From contig NMRA01000745.1 in assembly GCA_002633005.1 (NCBI GenBank), positions 64,158 through 128,157 of the forward strand: 64,000 bases of DNA, read 5' to 3'. The DNA is from Phoronis australis (taxonomy: Eukaryota; Animalia; Phoronida). The notes beneath the pieces are model-generated. The model was not told the DNA's origin. It did no database searches and saw only the letters and a list, made by a program, of their open reading frames with translations. The position numbers and the translations under genes were made by a program. Of this stretch, positions 1 through 12,300 are shown one piece after another; position 1 is the first letter of the stretch; every line of letters starts with the position of its first letter.

Positions 1-852
1 CAACAACTTTGTCTGATGGAGAAGGTAATGACAACAGGAGGTGCGTTAATTTAGGCAAAACAAACGATTTAACTACGGTTATTTTTCCTAGCGTAGTGAG
101 CGATCTCCTGGACCAACACGTCAAATCTCTGTAAATCTCTTGTATTTTGACATTGTAATTTAAGTCTGGAATTTCTGATAAATTTGTGCTAAATGTGACT
201 CCCAGAATTGAGAATTTTTGTTTTTGCCAAGATAAATTTAATTCTGGACACAAGCGCAATTCACTTCCCCTCATCCGACCTATCCAAATACAATGAGTTT
301 TTTCTACATTTGGTCTCAGACCAGAGAATTTGTGAAATTGGTCCAGGAGATCAAGCGAGTATTTTAAGGATTCTGTTGTACCATCTAAAAACAAAACCGT
401 GTCATCTGCATATTGAGTACAAGTTGATGAACAGAACTGTCCCGGTGTTGTGAAATTTGTAGGTCTTTATGAAGTTTATACACGTCAGTCGCTAATCGTA
501 TTTTGCATTTGTCTTCATACCCCTAATGTAAATCCAGCTATTGGGTGCTTAAAATGTTTCTTTTCTTCCAAAACACAGTGTGTTTTAGATTTTGCAGTGC
601 CACAGACAAAACAGTTTCATTTGAAAAAAAAACGCTATATCAGACACCTCTTGCTAGTTTGAGCGTCCCTGTAAGATTTGGAAGATCGATGATTTCTTGC
701 GACAAGCCTATACGACTTACTAGGACCTACACGTCATATACACTATCATTAGGGCGGTGGGCTGTGTTAATTTAACGTAAAAATATGCTTGTAACGCTCA
801 CCAAGTCCCCGACACTTCCACAAAAACTCTCTTGTATTTTAGGGGCCATTGT

Positions 853-956
853 CAGCGGCGGATTTACATGTAGAGGGCAAACCTAAAATTCTCCCAGCTT
901 CTATTTGTCAGTTTGGAGATACGAATGTATGTCGGGCTAACTCCTGCCTGATACTC
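853..956 (+). repeat. MITE family A copy, split by the Academ insertion (remainder at ~5474-5495)
   Basis: CAGCGGCGGATTTA..CTAAAATTCTCCCAG..ATACTC is collinear with the intact copy at 7408-7569 and continues as ..AACTCAAAATC after the right TSD. Confidence 0.6.
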
Positions 957-959
957 TGG

Positions 960-3900
960 TAGTCCGGTCTCTTAGCATTCAAAAACCCCAAAACATTTAC
1001 ACCCCGGATTACAGCACCAAAGTTGGTACACAGATACTTTGGAACACGCTGAATCTCATGAGGGTCGGTTGCCCGAAATTTGGGGTCAAGGTCAAGGTCA
1101 AATCAAGGTCAAAGCTCACGTAGGTAATTTTTGAAATGACTTGACACAAAGTATCTGCTTCATTGCTGTTTCAGGTGATAAGCAGGATACTTTATTTTGA
1201 TTTCAAATTATTGTTGATAACTTCTAAAAACAAGTTAAAAGCATAAAAGTAATTTTCCTGACCTTTAAGATGGTAATTATCATAATTAATAGAGCATATA
1301 TATGTTCAATGGAAATTAAGTTTATTTGTTTTCTCTAGCTGAGAAAAACTGTCAAACTAGTATGAATATGCATTAAGTCAACTCTAGAATGTTTAACCTT
1401 TTACAGAAATTCATTTTTAAATCTCTTTGTCAAAATATTTATAATTAATTATGTAACAAATCGTCTCTGTAATTAAAGGAAATCGGACATCTTTCTAAAT
1501 TTTCAAAGAACAATTGCTAAAACCTTTATCATCATTTTTAATTTGATCATATCTAAAGGTTACTTTGTTAATTAATGTGTTTATATTTTAGTTTGAACTT
1601 TATGGTGACATAAGTTAAACCAATTAAGGTAATTTAGGTAATTTAAGGTTTACCAGAAGGATGAAATAACAAAAAGTCACCAGGTTTTACTTGTATCCTA
1701 ATGAGGTGAATTCCTTGTTGCACTATATTTTAAAACAGATCCAGACATAATTAATTGTCTTGAGGAACATGTTGTATAAACAAATGTTTATTATTAATTG
1801 CGTCCATCTAATTGTTTGTGGTGACATATTGTCTAACAGCTGAAGCTGACCTCTGCTCATTCGGACAACAGTACCCAAACAGGTGATATCAGCTCTGAGA
1901 CTTGCATAATATTGACCTCGAGTTCATTGTTCGTGTAATATTATTTTGAATGAGATTTTCTAATTTAGGTATGTACTTTTTTTATTAACTATGTATATAA
2001 ATAACCTAAATTGTTTTAACTGATTGGAGATAATACTTTTGGTTGGCTTCAGCACATCTGAAGACAGGAGCAGGGGTTTCCTGTTTAAATCACTACAGTA
2101 GCTATTCGCATAAATAGCCTACAATGTAAGTTGTTTAATAAGGCCTACAATGTAATTAAGAGACCAATTTTTCTAAGAAACCTATTCCAATAAATAATAC
2201 CTACAAAAATTACGCTTTAATTCCGCAGTACCTTATTCCCAAGGTCAAGTTGTTTGAGCAATGCCTTACTCCAGATTCATCACTTGTGATTGCCCGACAA
2301 TTTATTGTTCTAAAACGTTACCCACCATCCTGAAAGCAAATGAGACAATGTAGATTTTCTAAATAACAGGTCATAGGCACTATTAATAGAAATGTTTCGA
2401 AGACGGCTGGTTACTTGAGCTGGAACAATACGTCAGCTCTCGTTACGTCACTATGACGTATTCGTACCGCCTGCTTCAGGAGGCTTCAGTGGCTACAGCT
2501 GGTAGAGCTGATTCCTTTCTTTAAGCCTCACACTTGACTCGAACAAGACATGCACACCAGGTGACAGCTCTGTCTCTGGCAAAACTACAGGAAGAACCAT
2601 TTCTTATTGTTAAAAATGAAGGTGCTGTTTTGGACCGAAGAGTCTCCAGCAGGAAAAGTGATAACTCAATGAGAATTCCAAAATTTGAGTTTTGGAATGT
2701 TATCTTACATGTCCAGTTACTGATCTTGATGCTCGTCCTTGCTCATGGTGAATACAACTTGTCGCTGTGCATTGATGTCTTTGAATCTCTTGTGTCCTAT
2801 TTCTTTGCTCTTGACCTTCAAAATTATGCAAGATGGGTCTCTCTTCACATCCAAGACGTGAGTGCTATACCAGTTAACGTACGACAGCATGGATGTTTTC
2901 AAATACACGGCACAGATTCTGTGCTGATGCAATTGACTAGGCGGATGAAGAAAATAACGCCTTAGTCCAAGACAGTGGTGGGGCTATTGGATTAACTGAA
3001 AATCCAAACACTTTGACAGAGTGAATGGTGTTTGGGTCCGAGCTATAGCCAGGTTGCTGACTGCGTTTGATTGTCAATCGTTTTGAAGACAATAACGAAG
3101 AAAAAACCGCCACAAAGACATTCTATCCTTCCAGAACAACTTTTAATCCATGTGAACAGTTTTTGTGGTGTAAGGTGTCAGTTCAGCAAACTAAAGGGAA
3201 ACCTTTTCTTTGACCATGTTGATGAACTTATGACGTTAGATACGCTACAGGTCTCCAGACTATCGAAGTGACTGGAAAACAGCAATATGACAACTATAAG
3301 CAAACAGTCGTAATTGTAAAGTCCCAACCAATAAAGACCCTTATCAAGAAAAACAAGTTTGTTGTTTCCGAAACAGCTAACGGGAAGGCAAAAAGAGTGA
3401 CTCAGCAGCGCATGGATGACATCAAGAAAGACTGCAGCTTATTTAGTCAGGTTTTTATAGCTAGTCAAATTCTAGAAGGATGATTTTCTTATACATGAGA
3501 ATCATTCTTGGCCACCATCCCTGAACCTGAACGACAGTCTCGGTTTACCCTCACAGAAGTCACAATTGCTCAAAATGTTGGAATTTCCTCATCCAGACGT
3601 TCCTGAATCCGTCGATGTCAAAGTCTTTGATGGGCCAGCTATTGTGCGCAAATTTTCTCCAAACGAATCCGCGACATTCGGACAGTTCAGTGAAAACTGC
3701 TATGGGCACATTCTAACCTTCACAACTGCTGTAGAGTTGACATTGTGTTTGATGCTAACACTGAAGACAGCTTGAAGGCCACCGCTGATAAAGGTATAGG
3801 TGATCTTACCAAAGTTTCACACCAAACGCAACTGTCTCTGTACTTCCAGAATTTCTTGAAAACTCGAAGAATAAAGAGGAATTGTTCATGCTGTTAGCTG

Positions 3901-5470
3901 AAGATATCTTTAGCAATCGCCTATCCTCCAGGACAAAATATGTATGTTACCCACGGTCACTCTATTCTTTCCTCTGGTTCTGACATACAGCTGTACCGCC
4001 GAGAGTCGACACCTGTATGTGCTTGTACATTGCGGACGCTTTGATCAAAGGTAATCAGAGAATACTGGTTTCTACAGTTGATTCTGATGTTGTGGTCGTT
4101 CTTCTTGGTGTTTTTTATCAGCTTAAGGCTCTGCTGTCAGAAATTCAATTACGGGTAGTGGTTAAAGCTGGAAAGAACGTGCGGGAACTCTTCGTCAAAA
4201 GTTTGTTTGACTAGCTTAGGTACGATTTGTGTGTAGCTCTATCCATGTTCCATGCCTTAACAGGGTTGGACACAACGTCCCAGTTCTATGGAAAAGAGAA
4301 GAAAACAGCATGGGAGACATGATGCTACTCAGGCATTCTTGTGTCGGCAATCAATTCCTTTCAGCAACTCACCGTCGACAGTCAGGAATTCAAAAAAATT
4401 GAGACATTTACATGTTTCGTTTATGATCGAAAAGTCAAAACCAGCCAAGTCAATACTTTATGACAGGATCTTTTCCAATAAAAAGTTCAGATCATGCCCA
4501 ATCTCCTCTGATAACGCAATTTAGCAAATGCTAGTATCAAGCTGGCAGTCGGATGCCCATCCACGGGAAACTAAGTCCATAGAGGTTTGCATGGCAGAGT
4601 GACAAGGGCCAACAATGGACACCTTACTCGATAGACATGCCTGAAATCTCCAAAGCTGGCCAGTAGCTCATGGTTGCAAGAGCATACCACTATGGGGCAA
4701 GAGATATAAATTAAAAGCAATTCCTTAGCATGCACAACACTTAGCAAATACCGGGGAACATGTCAGTAACATGGTTTGTTATGGACCAAAGGAACAGATG
4801 GTAATGTTAATTGAATTCTTTGGTCTGCAATGACAATTTGAGATTAATCTGTTTTATTGTGTTGATATTATAAGCAGATGACAATCAGATTATATGTAGA
4901 CAGGAGCTAGAAGAAGCATACTAACGACATTTTTGAAAGCTGGCTCTGAGTTCTTGATAGTCTGTCAAGTTCTACGCATATATTGGTCTCTTTATCATAA
5001 GATCAACTGAATTTTCATAATAGTTGTACAAATTAATGATCAATCTAATAAATTTTGGCAAGAAATCCTATTTGTTGTTGTATTATTTGTTGTATTATTA
5101 GTCTTGCACCAGATCAAAATAGATGATTTTGTTAAAATTGAAGTTGGTTGGTTAAATTTTGGCAGCCATATTGGAATTATGCAAATGAGGGGTCTTAATA
5201 TTATGAGAAAAAGATATTGCGATGTCATTATGATAGATTTCTAGTTAATTAAGTACTGTTACCTAGCCTTAAAATGTGTGATCATCTCTCAAGCAATCAT
5301 AGATTGTGTTACTGGGCGGCCATTTTGTTTTTTGAGATTTGACCTTGACCTTGAACTCAAAATTTGGGCAACCGACCCCCATGAGATTCAGCATGTCAAA
5401 AAGTACTAGTGTGCCAAATTTGGTGCTTTAATCCGACGTGTAAATGTTTTCGGGTTAAGGGCCTGGACTA
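960..5470 (+). mobile_element. Decayed Academ (AcademX-type) DNA transposon
   Basis: Imperfect TIRs of ~140 bp: 960-~1103 TAGTCC...GGTCAAGGTCAAATC versus the reverse complement at ~5336-5470 ending GGACTA. Termini are TAG...CTA and there is a 3-bp TSD TGG (957-959 and 5471-5473), as described for AcademX. It contains an internal transposase/XPG-like pseudogene. Confidence 0.85.
2490..4769 (+). pseudogene. Frameshifted Academ transposase / XPG(PIN)-like nuclease remnant
   Basis: Fragments spread over several frames with stops: ADSFL*ASHLTRTRHAHQVT, FFALDLQNYARWVSLHIQD, SGGAIGLTENP, HENHSWPPSL, KVFDGPAIV, LVSTVDSDVVVVL, FHALTGLDTTSQFYGK (helix-hairpin motif of FEN/XPG-type nucleases) and a degenerate Cys-rich tail ACTTLSKYRGTCQ*. 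The N-terminal part appears deleted. Confidence 0.8.
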
Positions 5471-6359
5471 TGGCCACCAATAACTCAAAATCTGCTTACT
5501 TAGTTTGGCTCACCTCTCAGGATGGCAATTTTGGTGGATACAGCAAAAAACCAAGGCCTTTGAAAAGGCGTGGTATCACAAAGTCAAACATGTTGGTCAT
5601 TTTTCCGCAAGACGCGCGGGTCAATGAAAACGAAAAAACGTCAAAGATACAAATGTTGGGACGAAATTCGAGATAAATTTGCAAAGATGTGACTTTGAGA
5701 TATAGGTGTTAGGACATTTGGACTCATTTTTTGTTTTATGTCAGAAATAACTTTTTGAGTTTTGATAAGTTAGTTGGAATTCCATTAACGTGATGCAGTG
5801 TGCACTTTGGGGTTACCCCAATTGCAAACGACGTTTTGAGCTCCTAATGACACCACTGTCCAGCATGTTTTCATAACCTGCTGATTGGGAAGTTGCCAAA
5901 ATTGTATTTCGGTGAACACGTACATGTACAGTACAACAGGCAAACAACCGCATGCGAAACGTTTACATTACTTTACAATTTCAAAGCCATGAGTTTTCAC
6001 AAAGTCAATGGTGTGAGTATTTGAATAATCAGAAACAAGAATTGTCTTATTTAATAGATTCAAATTCCCGTACAACCAAATACCTACACTTGGTTTGCAT
6101 TGTCTTGTGAGACTTCACTCTGAAATTTGGAATCACCTGTGATAATGAAATCTCAAAGTAAAATTAGAATTTTCAAATGCATATCAGATTCACAATAAAT
6201 TTGAATTAGTCAATGTGATAAAAGAGTGACTACATGTACTTTACGGCTTTTGGCAAAGTTAATGTTTTCTGTTCCTCATCAAGTGGCAATAATCACTGTT
6301 TCGACGAAACTTAAATTTAGAAATTTTGATTTAGACCACTCACTGGTGTAGAATGAGTC

Positions 6360-9300
6360 TCATCTTGTTCCGAATCCTAAATGATATGAGATTGCTGGTA
6401 TTACAAACAACTAAACGTCTACTATTCCTCGATACCATGATTGGCGAAAGGAATTACACACCGCGACATGTCAACTTGCGGAGCATGATCCTAAGCAATA
6501 AAGAACTCGGGTTTCCGGGCACACCTATTTTGACCGAGGGATAATTTGAGGCCAATTTCAAATTGGTACATGTAAGTTATCTAAATCATAAAATGTTTGC
6601 CGACATTGGAAGGCGGGCATCTGTGCACAGAGATGTGTATTTCACCAAATGTATATACATGTACAGTGTACATTCATTTACTTGCGTACGTTTATGCCCG
6701 AAATAATGCGTTTTTGCACAAAAATTGTTGACTCAGTTGTTTCGCGCATGTGTGTATGCGCCTAAGTTTTGCTTATACACCTGTAGACGTAGGTGGTTAC
6801 CGTTGTGAAGGCGCATTCCTTGATGAGACCGCAAGGTCACACATGTATTGTCCTCGACAAAAGTGTCCGTGCGAAATTTTGATACGGTTTGACATCACAC
6901 AGGTTCCTGTATTAAAACCCCATTAACTGTTGCGAACTTGTTTGTAATGTTCCTACGCTATTTAAGGGATAAAATTATTGAACTACATTGATCGCCGGAC
7001 TTACGGGGGCCAACGGGGTCAGGCCCCGCATATTTCCCATGTCCACTCGAAATTGACTTGTTAGATTCGATACTGTAGGGAGTAGCTAGTTTTAGTACAG
7101 TATACATATTTACATGGTTTTATCCCTAATCCCAATTTGTATTGGAGACCACAACTGCAAATGCTACCGAAACACCTCAACATCTTTTTGCAGTATCTTT
7201 CATGCACAGATTTACCTGGACAGGCTCCTCCCACTACCTTGGTCTTGATTGCGTTCAACGCCATGAAGTCAGGCACTAAGAACACGTTTTTTGAGTCGGG
7301 ATCCGTGCCCAGAGCTTTGAGTTCTTCGGAATTCTGGATATTTCCGATACCTAAGGTACAAAAAATAGAGAACAGAGAAGATGACAACATGAATGTCAGT
7401 GCGTTACCAGTGGCGCATTTATGGGGGGGCAACAGGGCAATGGCCCCCTTAAAATTCTCGCAGATTCCGTTTAGCAGTTCGGGGTGCTGATCTCTGACGG
7501 GCAAAATCCTGGCTAATACTCTGCCCCCATCCCCGCCCCGACTTACTCAAAACCGTGGATCCGCCTCTGGTTACTACGTGTATGGAATTTTTATCACAAC
7601 AAACAGTATTGAATTTTCTATAATTCTTCTGGATATCCCTGTGCCAGTCCCGTTGTGCATCGACACTCTTACATGTACGTCTACAACTTACCGACAGCGA
7701 ACACGTGGATGGTGTTTCTGTGCAGGTTTGCAGCTGCAGATTTTGTGAGACTTGGATTTTCGGAGACAGCGTCAGTCAAAAAGATTGCAATGTGTGGAAC
7801 GCCAGAGCGTGAACCCTCGGCGGTTGTGAAACTATGATCCACGATGTATCTGCAGTGAAAAAAGTGTCATATTTCAGATGATTATAGCAACCGTTACACG
7901 CCAAAAGTGTTTATGATGTCAATCTCATGACAGCAGGTTTTTTGTGGCGGGATCCTGGTTTACAGGCGTTTAAAAGGACACCAGGACCTGTCTTGATAGT
8001 TTTCCAGAAATCCTCGTTCTGTCACCAGCTAATGCATCATTGGCGCCAATCTTCTAAGTTGGAGGTAAGAATCCGTGAAAAACTCACGCTCCCTATGTCA
8101 CATATTTCACATTATGGCCCTTGTTGGGTGTCGTTTAGCATACTTTGAACGGAGTCTTCAAATTTCCTCCAAAGTTTTGAGGGCTGTTGAGGTTTACAGA
8201 TCATTATTTAGTTTGTTTATAGGCCAAAACCTGGTGTGGTATCCTTTAAAGTTTTACTTCTACACCGGAAATATTGCTGTTTTGTCATATGTTTCCATAA
8301 TTCTACATCTGTCGCGTCTGCAGTAGTTTTCAAAATAAACTTGTGGGGGCGTTGCGAAGTTCATAGAGTGGTTTTGCGGGGTTCTGTTGCACTTATACGC
8401 TTCCAGAATAAAAACAGACTTCAACAGAACTTTGCCATACTTGCATGATCATCTTACAATAATTATTTACGGGTGCAAAAAGTTGGTGCGTACACATTCT
8501 ATGATATTCTGACTTCCCGTCAGTTGGTGACTGGAATTGGAATGGTTTTCGAACAATAAAAGTGGACAGTTTTCGTTCGACGAACTCTGCCGGACTGTAT
8601 TTTCATTTTGCGACATTTTTTCGGAGTAAAAAGTGACGTTATTGTGCTTACTCGTCCATATGATTTACGATTGGACAACTGTAACGTGGCACCATTCGAC
8701 AACATGCATGGAGCAATAATCGTGCACGCGGATCCAAAAAAATAAACATTCAATTCGAACTCTCTTTTCTTCTATTTTTTCCTTTTTGGGTACTGAATTC
8801 CCGATTATGATATACAAGGAAGGTTTAATTATGCTGACAATGTATTCACTTGCCAAAACAAAGTAAATGGTGGTTTTAAGCACTTTAGGTCAAAAAATGG
8901 CCTTACGTTCCACACAGCAATTTTTGGAAAGTAATGAAAACTGATTCAAACAAAAGTGAAAATTCTCCGCAATTATACACATGAATGCTACATGCGCTAA
9001 GTGAGATAATTTCCATAACTTATGCGTTGCACTGTTAATTACTTCATTAAAGCTTTATTCAGAAATTGCAAAGTGCAAGGGCAAGACCAAATTTCTGTAT
9101 GAAGTATTTCCGGTAATTCATTTTTGTGGAACAGTATCCCCGAAGTGTTCAGGATGAGTATTTTTAAGTATACAATGACGTCGTTCGAAAACTGAAGAAT
9201 ATTGTCATCGCTCTTGTCACCACCATTCTGAGCGTGATCCGAAATGGTTTATTCTTAATCAGCTTTCTTAACAATAATCCTCCCCCACGAGGGTATACCT

Positions 9301-12300
9301 CATTTTTTTCTGCTGTCGTGGATACTTACTGCACGGCTTTCCAAGTTTCCGTGCCGAGGCGCGTGTAGACGGTTGAACGTACTCTTGTGACCATGTCTGT
9401 CTTGTCATTGAACTCTTTCAGGCTGAACTGATTGTACACGTAAGAGTCAAAAGTAACCATACCTAAAGATTTAGAGTACTTCGTTTAAGAATACAATAGC
9501 GTGATATTTCGCGTGGTTTCAGAAATATATTTATGAAAAAGTTCGCCTCCTTGTTAAAAAACTGCTGAGTTCCTGTCATGAACCTTAGCAAAAAGATGTC
9601 GCGGCGATTTTGCCGTAAAACACTTTACGTGAAACCATGACTTGGTGAGACAGCCGTTTTTGTTGAGCTTTTGTTTTAATTGCTACCTAGTCTGTAGATG
9701 AAGTAAATATTTCAGAATAAAGTGGCGTCGGATAACCAAAACTGACCAAGGTTTAAAGATATTCTAAAGGAAATTCTCTACCGTGGTATTGCTTTACTGA
9801 GGTGTACAGTTGATTCCTTTACCAGTACAGTTGTTTTTACAGAAATTCTCTTTGGGAGCACATAGTAAATGTCAATCGTGCGTTAGAGCAATATCTTATC
9901 CATGACATGTTGTTACAAAATATTCACATCGACTTGTGTGAGAATGACTTGAAAACATAGTCAAGTTCACTGTTCATCAAAGACAACAGAAATGAAAGAT
10001 CACAGTAATCGCAGCCTCATGCCTCCTCCCACTGATGACCAATGCGCTTATGAGCTTAGTACGTCATTTTTCTTCCAAATCAAATTTTCTCCCCTTAAGG
10101 TAAATTGGTCAATGCGCCATATTTCCAAATAACTTCAACCAGAGAAATATATAATTTGAATAATATACATATGGACGGTTAACATGATTTAACTCTCTTT
10201 AACAACGGTCACTTACCAATTCTGACTTTATCCAGCCCCACTTCAAATGAGGTGATGACGTCTTCGACAAACTGCAGTTGTAAATCCCAGTTGGTTTGGC
10301 CGACACTGCCAGAGGCGTCAACAACAAAAACAATGTCGGCTTGCTTGCCCGAGCATCCTATGTAAAGAAAAAATACTAAAACTGAAACGATTAAACCATA
10401 GAACACTGAATAGTTCGTCAGTAAGCTAACAATATGGCGGAAAGGTAGACCTTTCTTTTTTAAAATTTCAAAAAAAAATGTAAAAATCCTTCGGTATATA
10501 CTGTGCAGGTAAAATCATAGAATGACACTTAACATCGTCAAGTTATTTATGTCAATGTGGTCATGTTTCAAGCAATAACAAGAGCGACACGTAGCTTTGA
10601 AATGCTTCTAGGTGTATTTATTTGTATCATACGAATGGCCATTCGCTCGCACAGAATACATTGAACGCATCCAAATGCGGGAAGGTGTCGTTGTCTCTCA
10701 AAGCTATTTAACAAAATTCATAAAAGTCTGGCAAAGATACAAAGGCAGATGTAATAAGCAAATTGCCTTTAGAAACCGCAGCAATATATGGAACCCGTCG
10801 ATCGGCTGTCAACTGAAGTTAATTGCAAACTTTCAAAAATGACCTTCAAGGGGCTTTGGAGATACTGCATTGGATGCAAAAAATGTCACTAGGAGGCACC
10901 ACACTAGTTGAACACGTTTGAAAATCCACGTCAGTCAAGCTTTTGTCATTAGGAGCACATCTACGTGGCCGCAAGAATGGGGGCTGGGGGCACGTGCCCC
11001 CAAAAATTTGTTTCAGGTTAAACCCTGACAACTCCCGTAGGCGTAAAGGAGATAAAGCCTTGAACCCCCCAAAAAATCTAGGAGGTGCCAGAATAATCGA
11101 ACACGTCTGCAAATTTTAGTGATGATCCTCCAAGCGGTTTGGTGAATGGAGACGGTGGCGTCAAAAACGTACTAAAGTTTTTTTAAAAGGCCAGCTGGTG
11201 GCGCAGAATACGTCAAATCCGTCTGGAAACGAGAGGGCATAGTCGTTTAGATTATAGAAACCTATTTGCAAAATTTCATGATAATAAAAATTTCACGAAT
11301 CTGAAAACGGGAACCTGTCATCGTCTCCTTCATTAGAAATATATCTATTTAATTTCCTAAAAGTCCGTCAACGAGCTTCAAAGTTACAGAGGACAACGGG
11401 AAAATTAAAATTGCCACTGGGGGAACAGCGGTAGTCGGATCTTTCCAAATTTCATCGTTGTCCATGGAAATACACTTGCCTTATTCAATAAACCTCCAGC
11501 ACAGGGTGTAAGAGATACTGCCATAGACGCAAAAACTGCAACTAGGAGGAGCCACAGTAGCCGAAGTCGCACGAAAATCATCATAAGCTGTCCTCTTTAA
11601 AGTAGAATCACACAAAATCATCATTAGAGTGATTTGGTTGATAGAAGGGAGGGTGCATAAAACACACTAGAACACATTAAAAAGTCCACCAGACGGCACA
11701 AAATATGTTGAATCCATCCGAACATAAGAACGTGTCATTGATTTTTCAATGGAACATTTTTCATTGGATGTCATAAATCGGTCACGGAACGTTTAACAGA
11801 GGAAAATGGGGGAAAACGAATTTAGGCTACCACTAGGGAACACAGTATTTGTCAGATTCGTCGGAAACTCGTCGTCCTCTGTTGTCAACTGTGCTTATAA
11901 ATACTCTTGCCAAATTTAATAAAAGTCCCGCAGAGCGTTTAGGAGAGTCAAAACTGCAACTAGGAATAGCTACATTAGTCGAAGTCCAAAAATCATCGCC
12001 AGGCGTCATTTTGACAGTAGGAACATATATTGCAGTTCTGACAATCCTATCCTCAGGCTCATTTGGTCGATAGAAAACCAGGCGCCAGAAAATAGACTCG
12101 AAAACAGTAATAATGTTCACAAGGTGACACCGGATACCTCAAATCAATCTGAAAGCAGGAAGTTAACGTCATTTCATTAATAGATACTAATTTGGTAATT
12201 TTTTGAAAATGCGCTTGGAGGCGCATCTGTAGTTGGAAACATATCGGAAAAAATATAAAAAATTCATGAACATACATTACAGGGTTTTGGAGATAACGCA

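Noticed and set aside
6818-6850. Hammerhead-ribozyme-like TTGATGAGACCGCAAGGTCAC
   Set aside because: Stem II looks canonical, but C3 and the GAAA core are altered and no stem I pairing is evident.
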